From the NCBI RefSeq assembly GCF_009914755.1, contig NC_060929.1: a stretch of 64,000 nucleotides of DNA; one strand, given 5' to 3'. Of this stretch, positions 53,078 to 64,000 are shown in pieces; the stretch's first letter is position 1; each line of letters begins with the position of its first letter. Source of the DNA: the human T2T-CHM13v2.0 reference genome, Homo sapiens. The translations under genes and the position numbers were made by a program. Below the pieces are notes generated by a model. It did not search any database. It worked only from the letters and a program-made list of their open reading frames with translations, and had not been told where the DNA came from.

Positions 53078-54111
53078 TCAGTGAGTTAGCAGAGGTCCTG
53101 GGTGCCTGGAAGGCCAGCCATTTTATTTGAAATGTGAAATGTTGAAATGCACCAGAGTTTCAGCCCCAGCCCTGCTGTGTGGACTGACTCAGATTGAGGC
53201 CCCACTCCAGTGTTGCCTGTGCCCAGAAGCAAGCCAGGTGGCCCTGTCCATAAGTGGCACTCTCCTTCCTGGGCTCACAGTCTGAAGCCCACAATGCGGG
53301 CTTCTGTGATAACAGTTGTTTGTGTCAGCAGTAGGCACTTGCTTGCAGATCAGCATGTTGAAGACTGGGACCACCTCTGAGTGTACCCTGGGCTGGGCAT
53401 GGCAGAGACAGAACCAACAGGGACTCCATCATGAAGACCCTTTGGCTCAGGACCTTTGGAGAGAATTGCTTTTTCCATCCTCAGGCATTAGCAATGGGGA
53501 GACAAATGTGCCCTGCCTCTGGGCTGTGGGGTGGTCTCTGCCCAGTAGACTTGGGCATAGTTGTAGGGCTGTCCCCATAGGAAGGGCTCAGCAAAGGCAT
53601 ATCCCCAGGAGAGCCCTAAAGACCTTCAAGAGGAGATCCCACAATGAGGCTTTTCTTGGTGCCTAGAAAAATAAGTAATACAAATACAAATTGTAACAAG
53701 AACTCTGAAGATGTTATTAACAAAGGCCTGAGTGCAGAAAGAAGGAGGATCTTGCATGTACCTATGCGCACACCAAAGCACCTGTCTGTCAAGGCCCACG
53801 CAGTCTTAAGCACATACACACAGTCAACTACACACACTGACGGCACACTCACACATTCACAGACAATTTAAGATTAGTCTCAGATGAGCACACACTAACA
53901 CACTCATCCAGTGGTGAGCTTGGGAGAGTGAGGAGGAATTCCGGCCTTTGAGCCATGCTTGTTTGGTGTCAGGAGGGACTTGGGATTCAGGGGCTCAGCC
54001 ACTGCCCTGTCTGCCCACCACCTAGTTTCAGCAGACAACCCCCCATTTTGGAGATCCCTGGAGGCAGGCTGGGGATGAGAGGAATGATGCAGCCCCCTGT
54101 GTCCTGCCCAG

Positions 54112-54228
54112 GTCAGCATCGGCTGCCCAGAGAAGATGGAGCCCATCACCAAGATCTCGCATATCCCAGCCAGCCGCTGGGCTCTGTCCTGCAGCCTCTG
54201 CAAGGAATGCACAGGCACCTGCATCCAG
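54112..54228 (+). CDS. JADE2: JADE2 exon 8 ([39 protein letters not shown]), PHD2 start
   Basis: cctgcccag| ... CAG|GTATGT; 117 nt, phase 0-0. Confidence 0.98.
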
Positions 54229-55180
54229 GTATGTGGCCTACTTCACCTCCTGCTGCCAGGAGCTGGCTGAGAGGCATGCTTGGGGCCTCAGACAGCAGCT
54301 GCCACCACCTTCTCCCCTCCATGGGGCTGCAGACTGATGGGCCCCAGAGGGGTGTGGGACTGGGGCCAGAGTCAGAATCGCACCTGTTGGGGAGCATTTC
54401 TCCATCCCCTGGTCTTCTAGGGAGTGGGAACAGACCCGGGGAACCAAGGCTCACCACCCCATTGGAGTGCTGAGAACTCTGGCTTTCCCTGAAAGCAAGT
54501 GTCTTGGGGCTTGATGAATACATTAGCCTCACTTCTGACATTGAATTTGACGCGTTAGGGGTTAGGAATCAAACTTCTCATCTAGCTAAGCTAATAGACT
54601 GTCCTGACACTGGAAGGGCTGTACCAGTCTGTCTTTAGCAAAGCCTATTCCCAAAGTCTAGCATGCGTCAGAATTACCTGGAGGGCTTGGTAAACATAGA
54701 CTGCTGGGCCTACTCCTGAGAGGCTCTGACTCAGTAGGTCTGGAGTGAAGCTGAGAACTTGCATTTCTAACAAGCTCCCAAGGGATGTTGATGCCTCAGG
54801 TCTATAGTTTGGGAGTGCAGGTGGGAGTCATCCTTTGTCCCCCTCATCTTTTAGGAACAGAGTTGTCATTGTAAACGTTAGTTGTGCCTTCACCCATCCA
54901 CAGACCTTCAAAAGGATTTGTGAGTGCAGCATCAGCAGTCATAATAGTTGGGTGCGTGATTGCTGACACAGTTATCATCATCCAAGGCTAAGAGAGAGGG
55001 TCAGGCCTCAAGCTGTCTGGATGAAAGGAGAGGGAAGGGGACTAAGTCCAGCCCCTCTTCCCAGAGGACAAAAAGGGGACCACAGTCCCCATCTTAGATG
55101 AGCCAGTGACCCATCATCAGCCTTTCTCTTGATGCTCTGTGATGCCAAAGTCATTTTGCCCACACAAAAATGCAGCTTGA

Positions 55181-55457
55181 GGCCAGGCACGGTGGCTCAC
55201 GCCTGTAATCCCAGCACTTTGGGAGGCCGAGGCAGGTGGATCACCTGAGGTCAGGAGTTCGAGACCAGCCTGGCCAACATGGCGAAACCTCATCTCTAAA
55301 AATACAAAAACTAGGTGGTGCATGCCTGTAGCCCTAGCTACTTGGGAGGCTGAGGCAGGAGAATCGCTTGAACCTGGGAAGCGGAGGTTGCAGTGAGATG
55401 GAACCACTGCACTCCAGCCTAGCAACAGAGTGAGACTCTGTCTCAAAAAAAAAAAAA
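55181..55457 (+). mobile_element. AluS
   Basis: Dimer with TSD aaaaatgcagcttg on both sides. Confidence 0.9.
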
Positions 55458-55733
55458 TGCAGCTTGTCCCCAGAGGTGTTTCTCAACCGTCTTCTGATTG
55501 ACTTCCCCAAAGCATGTGGTGTTGAATGGGTTACCTTTCCAGGCACCCCAGAGCTCCTCCTCCTCCCCTGCCGTAACTCCCATCCTGCACAGGAGGTTGG
55601 GAGCCCATGCCATTCTGTTTAGGTTCTCTCCAGCATTGCGCATTCTCAGTAGAGCCCTGGGGGAAGCCCCTCTGTCTTCTCCCCTCCCACCAGGCTCCCT
55701 CCATGTCTGATCCTGCCCCTCCTTTCCCCTCAG

Positions 55734-56198
55734 TGTTCCATGCCTTCCTGCGTCACAGCGTTCCATGTCACATGCGCCTTTGACCACGGCCTGGAAATGC
55801 GGACTATATTAGCAGACAACGATGAGGTCAAGTTCAAGTCATTCTGCCAGGAGCACAGTGACGGGGGCCCACGTAATGAGCCCACATCTGAGCCCACGGA
55901 ACCCAGCCAGGCTGGCGAGGACCTGGAAAAGGTGACCCTGCGCAAGCAGCGGCTGCAGCAGCTAGAGGAGGACTTCTACGAGCTGGTGGAGCCGGCTGAG
56001 GTGGCTGAGCGGCTGGACCTGGCTGAGGCACTGGTCGACTTCATCTACCAGTACTGGAAGCTGAAGAGGAAAGCCAATGCCAACCAGCCGCTGCTGACCC
56101 CCAAGACCGACGAGGTGGACAACCTGGCCCAGCAGGAGCAGGACGTCCTCTACCGCCGCCTGAAGCTCTTCACCCATCTGCGGCAGGACCTAGAGAGG
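55734..56198 (+). CDS. JADE2: JADE2 exon 9 ([14 protein letters not shown]...YWKLKRK...HLRQDLER)
   Basis: tttcccctcag| ... AGG|GTGAGT; 465 nt; PHD2 end and the conserved JADE/BRPF helical region. Confidence 0.98.
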
Positions 56199-59100
56199 GT
56201 GAGTCCCCATGCCGCCTGCCCACCCCCTGCCTGGTGGGTCCAGGAGTCCTTTCCATGCCACACTCACTGCCCTGGAGCAGCTAGGACTCACCAGGACTCA
56301 AACTGTGAGCTCTGGTGGACCGGCCCTGCTGCAGGAGCCTGCCAAGGGGCTGAGGGCTTTCAGGTCCCAAAGAGTATGGGGGTGACTGACACTTTACAGA
56401 ACAGAGAAGAGTCCAGTTCTTGAGTCTCCGAGTCCCTCTTGTCCTAGCCCTGTCACAGGCCTGGTGAATGGTGGGGGCCCTGCCAAGGTCATGAGGCTGA
56501 GAGCACCAGAGCTAGGGCGAGGACCTAGGCTTCTGGCACTTGCTTGCCTCTGTGGGCCCCGCCTGGTCCTAACACATGAGCTTGCATTGAGAATCTGAGG
56601 CAGAGGAGGAACTGGAGCTTCCCAAGCTGTCCCCGTAACCCATGCTGAAAGCCAGGGGCATCAAGAGCCAGGAGCAGCCAAACAGGCACGTGCCGGGCCA
56701 GGGCAGGGTAGATGGGTAAACGCGGCTCCGTGGGGTGCTGGGCAAACAGAACAGAGGCACGAAGGAGACTGGGTGGACTCAAGGAACGGTGGAGTGGAAG
56801 GAAGAGGTGAAAGGGGCTGGTGGATCGCACGAGACTGGGCTGGTGGATCACAGTGTGTCTGGAAGCTGCAGAAGTGCTAAGGAGGGACTGACATACTGTG
56901 GCTGGGACTTGCACCCAACACTCCCTGGAGGAGAAGTCCCAGAGTCTGGAATGGGTGGGCTGGCTGAAAACCACCCCCAGCTGTGTGCTGGGAAACAGGT
57001 GACGGTGGCTTGGTCCAGGGGGCTGAGTGAAATGAAGCAGGATTTCTGGATCCTTTTCCAGTCCTCTGAACCCCACAGGCTGTTCTGGTCTCTCCTCTCT
57101 GGGACATTTCTAGGGTTCCAGAGCATATGGGACCGTGTCACAGTGTCTCCCCTGGGTTCAGACATACATGCTCACCCTCTCCCTGGGTCCTGTCAGGAAA
57201 TAGCCCTGGGCAGGAGCATGCAGGGAACGTTGTGTGACCCAAGGCGCCTGCTTTTCTTATCTGCATCGCAGTGGGCAAGGCTGTAAAATGGGTAGAACAT
57301 CTCCAAGGGTGTTGTACTGTCAGGGAAGGGGCACTGGACCCAGCTTCCCCAATCCCCTCCTTCCCACTCATCTGCGCTGCCTGCTCAAGAGGGAAATGAC
57401 CTATTGCCCCCAGAGAGCCCTCACTGCCTGGCAGCCAGCTTGCCACCAGGCCAGAAGGAAGAGGTGGAGGTGGGAGGAACCAGATGTCCCTGGCTCCAGC
57501 CAGGACAGAGGGCAAGGCTACCTACATTGCAGCCACCACCTCCTGGCCAGCCCAGCCTCCTGTCACATGTGGCAGGGGCATCAGGTGTAAGACCTTCTGG
57601 GACCGAAGCTGCTTCCAGAGTCTTCTTTAGGCCACCATGTCTCCACCCGCTGGATCTCCAGTGGAAACACCTGCTTTTACTCCTACTGTTTCCCAAACAA
57701 CCCCTCAGAACTGACCTCTCTGTTCTGTGCTGGTCAGCCCATGTGTCTGTCCCTGGCTGGGTTGTCCAGGGAGGTCAAGGGCTTGACTCACTTATGTAGT
57801 CATCATCCTGGAAAAAGAGACTTGAGGAAGATCCTCCCAGCCCTGCTGAGCAGATGAGGAAACTGGGGCTCGGAGAGACGAATAACAGGAAGTCTTAGAG
57901 GAACTCCATTCCAAGGGTTTTGAGCTTGAATTTGGACCTCAGTCGGGGGCAGAAAAGGAGTTGTTGGCTTATTCTCTATTCTGTAAATTTCCTGGGCAAA
58001 AGCATCCCTTTTTCAGTCCCCTAATCTTCCCACCCCAGTGTTGGCTGGTTCAGGTGGAGCCTGGGGCTGAGGTTGGCGGGCTCTGGGGTTCCGGGGAATG
58101 AGAGCTGCTGCAGAGACTCCTGCAGTGGGAGCCAGAACACTCCAGAGTCAGGTGTGAACCGTCCCACTCCTCCTCTGGGAAGAGGAAGCAGGGCCAATTT
58201 TGAAGTATGTGCAGCCTCTTACGGCTCAGGGGGCCCTGTCAAATGCTGCTTTCTGAGCAGCCACCAAGCTGGGCTGGCGGGCACCAGCTTCAATGAGGGC
58301 AGGGGCATGCACAGCCCTGGCAGGGCCGAGGAGGGACAACCATGAGCCAAGCTGACCCCCATCAGCGGCCCAGCCTCAAGGCCTTTCCAGGTCACACATT
58401 TGCAACTTGGGTGAATGAACAGCGACAAGAACCCTGCCACGGGGCAGGCTTTCTGCAAAGGCCCATGGTGGTTGGTGGCCTGGCCAGCGGGCCCAGTCTC
58501 GGACCGTGGCCCAGTGCCAGCAGCCGGGAGTATCCAGCCTGTAACTGGGCACTAAGCCAGCCTGGGCAGGAATCATCGGAAGATGGGGCAGGGCTTGAGG
58601 TCGAGGCCTTGGTAGCCTGACTTTGCATCCAGTTCCTGCACTCCCAGCTCTATACCTTCTTTGTTTCAGTTTCTACTTCTCTGAGTTTCAGTTTCTTTGT
58701 CTGTAAAATGGGAATAAGGATCAGACTGACCTTGGGGTCACAGTGCATGTGGGGGACAAAGCTTAGCACAGTGCCCTCCATTGTTGGCCGTGATTGTTGT
58801 TACTGTCCTGGCCCCTCAGCATTTGGCTCTTAGAAGAAGGGAGGCCAGCCCGTGCGCTCTGAGGGTGGGCTCCACAGAGGACCAAAAGGGCAGGCCCAGT
58901 GCTAGGGCCTGGGAACCCAGCATCCTCCCAGATTGATTCGTTCCTCCTCAGCCAGGCAGGGGTTTTGCTGAGAGAAACAGGAGCCGGGGCTGCTGCCGGC
59001 ATGAAATCCCATTTTATGGTCAACCAGATGTGCTTTCCTAAAATTTCAGCCTTGGGCCTCGGCCCCAGCGGACGCTCGGAAGGCATGGCCACTGCAGCCT

Positions 59101-60561
59101 CCCAGAGTTATTTACGGCTGACAAAAATCGCAGCACTGTTGATCAGCCCGACAAGTGCCGGCTGGTGTCCCCTAGCAACCGTGCTGACAAGCAGGCTGTG
59201 CAGGGACTTGCTGCTTGTGGCTCTGGCTCTGGTCACCAGGAGTTTATTTGGGAGCCTGACCTGGCCTGAGGAGGAGGCCAAGAGGGTGGAGGCGGCTCTG
59301 AGACACACACCTGCCCAGAGGATGATATGGGACAACTTCCCAAGGAGGGAAAGGCTCAGAAGGAAGTGGGTCCTGGCCTCAGTGCCTGGATGGTGGTCCC
59401 TTTGGCCTCCCACCAAAGCCAACCTTGTCCTGGGCAGCTCCAGCCTGCAGACCTCTGGCTCTTCTGCCCCTGTGCCTTCCATCTCTAGGGCTCCCCCAAC
59501 CCATTAGTGCCCTTGCCTCACCCAAGCCCAGTCACCACCTCCAGCTGCTCCCAGGTCAGTAGCCCAGAAATTGCCACATCCTGCTCCGTGCCTGCAGTCT
59601 ACTGCTCTCCCTGCTCACTTGTCTCCCAGGCCCTCCACCCTTCTTTGTCCTGCTTTCTTCACTCACTCCCTGTATGGCACTGGCCTGCTATGCCCCAGCC
59701 CTTGTCCCTCACTGAGGCCAGACCCCTGGCAGAGCCTCACCCAGTAAGAGCCACTCTCTCCACCAGGAGAAATCCCATAGCGCTGAGCAGGGCAGTCCCT
59801 GCCGCACACCCCACCTCATACCTGCTGCCCACATGCTGAGCCCTGCCTCCCTCAGGACAGCGTCCCCTCTGTCCTCATACCAGGGCCTCTAACTTCTGCC
59901 AGCCGAGCCTCTCGGTCCATTCTCTTCCCTTCCCTCCTGTCTTCCTTCCCCCACAGGGGCTCTTTTCCAGCCCACACCTGCAGCTGACGAGTCTGTCTTT
60001 TCTTCATCCCCTCTGCGGGTCCTTTTCCACCAATATTTGAATCTGTTCAACCCTCTCTCATCTTCAAAAGCGAATCCTCCCTCCCTATTTCCCTCTAGTC
60101 GTGGGTTCCTCCGCTCCCACCCCCATCTCTCCTTTCCTGTCATCCCTCATGGTATTTGCATCCTTGCTGCCCACTCTGGCCGGGTTTCCGCCACATCCCA
60201 GAGCCTGCCACCTGGGCTGCCTGCAGCCTCCCTGCCCACCTCTCCATCCCCCGATCCTCTCAGCAGCGGCTGCCACAATCAGACCTGCCCTTAGTCTTGG
60301 AGTCCTTTTTCTGTGATGCTCTGACCAGGTCCCCCCTGAGGTCCTGGTTTACCCCCCTCCCTCTCTGGCTGCTCCTTGGCCTCAATGGTCATCCATTGCT
60401 CTCCCCTGACTGCTCACTCCCAGGGCTGGAGACCTCAGGCTCCACTGTCTTTCACGGCTGCCCACAGTTTTGCCCCACGTGGGGGTGCTGGCTGCCCCTC
60501 CCTTTTGAGCTCCACACCAAGTCCCTTTTAAAGGCCACCGGCATCTCATGCCCAGCATCCC

Positions 60562-60969
60562 TGTTAGTTTCCTAGGCCTGCCCGTGTGCCACCAGCTGGA
60601 TGGTGAGATTTATCCTCATGGTTTTGGAGGCTGGAAGCCCAAGGTTGAGGTGTCAGCAGGATTAGTTCCTGCCGGAGGCTCTGCGGGGGAGTCTCTCCGT
60701 GCCTCCCAGCTTCTGGTGGTTGCCAGGAATCTTTGCTGTTCCTTGGCCTGCGGACATCTGTCTGGCCTCTGCCTCTGCCAGGTCACATGGCCTTCTCCCT
60801 GTAGGCACCTGTGTCAGGACTCCACTCATAGTAGATCAAGGGCCCACCCTAATGTAGTATGACCTCATCTTAACTATTTATATCTACAGAGACTCTATTT
60901 CCAAATAAGGTCACATTGCAAGGGTCCCAGTAAAAATGAATTTGGGGGAACACTATTCAATCCCGTACA
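60562..60969 (-). mobile_element. MaLR solo LTR (MLT1C/D-like)
   Basis: ttagtttcctagg...tggaggctggaag...aggtgtcagcagg...tatttccaaataaggtcacatt...acactattcaatcccgtaca. Confidence 0.8.
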
Positions 60970-61033
60970 GAAGCCACTGGAGGTTTTAAGGGGAGAAGGG
61001 AAGTGTCTCACTACTCTGTGAAAATCCAGCCCT

Positions 61034-61330
<297 letters not shown>

Positions 61331-63262
61331 AATCCAATCCTGGCTTCCCTTGGCCTGGCTCAGTCAAGCTTCAGCACCTGGCCTCCTCCCTTGCCAGCCC
61401 CGACACTCCTCACTGCTCCCTTCAGATTCCTGCCACGAGGCTCTGCTCTGCCTCCCCCAGCCTGGCCTGGCTTGGATTCCTCGTTCCCAGGCTCTGCCCT
61501 GCCGTGTGATCAACTCCCACTCCCACTGGCTGCTTGTGTGTCCAAGACGCCTTGCTCAGCACCCCCAAGTGTGGGTCGGAGCCACCTGGTCCTGTCAGTA
61601 GTTGGTCAGCACCTACCTCCCCTGAGAAGAAAGGGGCCCCAGCGGCGTTGCTCACTTGAGTCCAGGGCCCCACACAGTGCAAGTCCACAGAGCTGTAGCC
61701 AGTGCTTAAGGGTGTGGGGGAAGGAGGCTGGTTGGAAGGTGGTTTTCAGGAGGTCCAAGTTTTGACAGGAAGGTGGTTCATCCCAGTAGGGTGGGACCGG
61801 TGGTTGCAGCCCAGGGTGGCCCCCCGGAGTGGTACTGGCCATAGGGATAGGCGGAGCTGAGGCTCAGAGGTGGGTGGCCTGGTGCTCACGGTCTTCGAGC
61901 TGAGGGCGCACACACCAGCGTGGAAGGCCACGGAGAGTCCATGCAGAGCACATCGTGTGGAGGCCTGAGGCTGGAGCCACCTTTGTGGTACATCCTTCAC
62001 GGCTGGGCTCAGGAAAGAACGGAGGATACCCGTACGCAGAAGAGAGGTCTGATCTTGGCTGCCCTCGGACTGGGAGAAATGGTTATGCCAACAGGCAGGG
62101 GGTCTGGAACCAGAGGTCACCCCAGCTTAAGGACATGAAGGCTGAACTCAGCCTTGAAGATGGAACCCAACGGGAAACAGCCTGGTCCCAGCTGGAAAGA
62201 CCCTGGTGGGACCCAGGATTCAAGCTGAGCAGCTTTGGCCAACTGTCCCTGATAATGGAGTCTCCATCCTGTGCTGAAGACCAAGGAAATGTCTCAAGGG
62301 AGGGGCCTTGGTCTTGGCTTCAGAAGTGTGGCCTGCCCTGAGAGCAGCCAGGGAGGGATGGCCCACTGGGGTAAGGTGCCAGGTGGGCAGGCAGTAGCAT
62401 GGTCCATCCTGCAGGTGCTTCCTGTGGGACCACCTATAAGAAGGGTCCATGTCCCATGAGCTTAGCAAGCTGGTGTCTAAGGCCCCAAGGGGCTCTTCCC
62501 AGCTGGCCTTGAGGCAGTCAGAGAGGCCTCTACCCTCTCTGCTGAGGAGTTCTGTCACTGTGGCAGAGTGAAGGTGGCTGTGTAGATGTGGAAGCCTTGG
62601 CCAGCATGGCGTGAGCCTGGCTCAGGTCCCAGTGCAGCGGATAGACATGGGTTGGCTGCAGGCTGGGCACAGGTGGGTTAGGACTTTCTGCTCAAAGCTC
62701 TTCCAATGGCGTTCTCTCTGGCTGCAAGTACCGGGGCCATTTGTGGCTCAGGACAAGTGTTAGTTTTTGCCATGCCATTTATGTCTGAAGAATTTCTTTG
62801 CTGGGAAAGAAAGGCCTTGGACAGGAGGCAGAGGGATGAGGTTGGTGACCTGGTGAGACCCTGATGAGTCTGCGGGCACTGTGGTTATAAAGGACAGCAA
62901 CCATGTTGGCAGGGCCTTGGGAGGCAGCCTGGCTGACCTTACCAGGAAGGTAAGACTCAGAGGAGGAAGGTGGGCATGCCGGGTTGACCTAACCAGATGC
63001 TTTTCCCTGGCTGCTCTGGCTCAGCCGGGGACCACAGGGCTGAGGCTGTGTTTGGCCTTAGGTTTTGGATCCGAGACATGCAGCACAGGGCTGAGGATGC
63101 GCTCAGGGTCTGGGAATTGTTTTGCAGATGTTCTGGGCAGGATAGGCTGTGGCGGTAGCCTGTGCCCCTGGCACTGCCTCCACCCATAGCAAGGTCCCCA
63201 GAGCTGGGAGGTCTGGGGTGGTTGCCTGTGAGTAAGGTGGAAAATCTCTCTTGTTTTCTCAG

Positions 63263-63380
63263 GTTAGAAATCTGTGCTACATGGTGACAAGGCGCGAGAG
63301 AACGAAACACGCCATCTGCAAACTCCAGGAGCAGATATTCCACCTGCAGATGAAACTTATTGAACAGGATCTGTGTCGAG
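63263..63380 (+). CDS. JADE2: JADE2 exon 10 ([15 protein letters not shown]...EQDLCR)
   Basis: ttgttttctcag| ... G|GTAGGC; 118 nt; completes RQDLERVRNL; cumulative 1552 nt (phase 1). The gene continues beyond the window. Confidence 0.96.
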
Positions 63381-63847
63381 GTAGGCGCCTTCCCCACCTG
63401 CCACCGCCACCTCCCTGTGCCCTCTCTTGCGGGGCTGGGTCCCAAGGAGGGTGTGTCTTTGGATCCTGGTGGGGGTATGTGCGTGGAGCCAAGGGCCACT
63501 GGCCCCCACTCCTACCCTTCACCATCCAATTAGTAGGCCCAGACGGGGGCCTGCAAGGGTCCTGAGTTGTGCGTCACTAGGCAGAGAGCCAGAGGTTGGA
63601 ATGTGGGCATCAGGCCTGCCCTCAGGGAGCTTTCTGGTTGACTAGGCCACAGCAGTTCAGGAGCTGATTGCATGTGAACAGGTACAGAGAAGAAGTCCTA
63701 GTGGCTCTCTGCTGGTGCTGAGGCAGGAAGGGCCAGAAGCTGGTGAGCTTCCCTGAACCCTGGTGTGCCTGGGAGTCAGTTCCGAAGAAGGCAGCTGTCC
63801 CAGAGATGTGACAGGACCTGGCTGTTGTTTCTCTCTGACCCTAACAG

Positions 63848-64000
63848 GATTTATGCCCTGCATCCGCGGTGTTTTTCACTGTTTTATTCTTATTATTCTT
63901 ATTCTCTTGGCGTCACATGCGTTTAGTGGATCTGGAAATCAAAGGCTGAAGGAAGCGCTGACATTGATCGTATCTGTTAATTGTGGATATTGCCAGACAC
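63848..64000 (+). CDS. JADE2: Candidate alternative downstream/terminal exon (GFMPCIRGVFHCFILIILILLASHAF...), open to the window end
   Basis: Acceptor gttgtttctctctgaccctaacag|G; frame continuing from exon 10 is open for 51 codons. Confidence 0.4.

Noticed and set aside
58899-59507. 202-aa intronic ORF
   Set aside because: Non-ATG start, no recognisable domain and no convincing splice sites.
63381-63565. Read-through of the exon 10 frame into the intron
   Set aside because: Good GTAGGC donor, low-complexity peptide and no nearby poly(A) signal.

Overview
Human genomic DNA (Alu-rich, with a human-specific L1). It holds the CpG-island promoter (~13.7-17.65 kb) and nine + strand coding exons of the PHD-finger chromatin scaffold gene JADE2 (PHF15), which splice in register to 517 codons plus 1 nt; the gene runs past the window end. 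The rest is intergenic or intronic: Alu, MIR, L2, hAT MITEs, a MaLR LTR, a 3'-truncated 7SL retrocopy and a CA-rich minisatellite. I see no new gene family or prokaryote-type system, and nearly all other ORFs in the track are Alu, low-complexity or GC-rich artefacts. The most unusual structure is a 5'-truncated L1HS-Ta (Ta-0 type) inserted antisense in intron 4 with a 3' transduction. On the JADE2 strand it supplies a new 3' splice site, an in-frame stop and an AATAAA, i.e. a potential gene-trap exon. Also notable: the start ATG is the first 3 nt of exon 2, so alternative first exons set its Kozak context and uORFs; a candidate in-frame alternative last exon; and a tailless 7SL insertion. Exon numbers assume one non-coding first exon. 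Repeat boundaries and subfamily calls are by eye and approximate.
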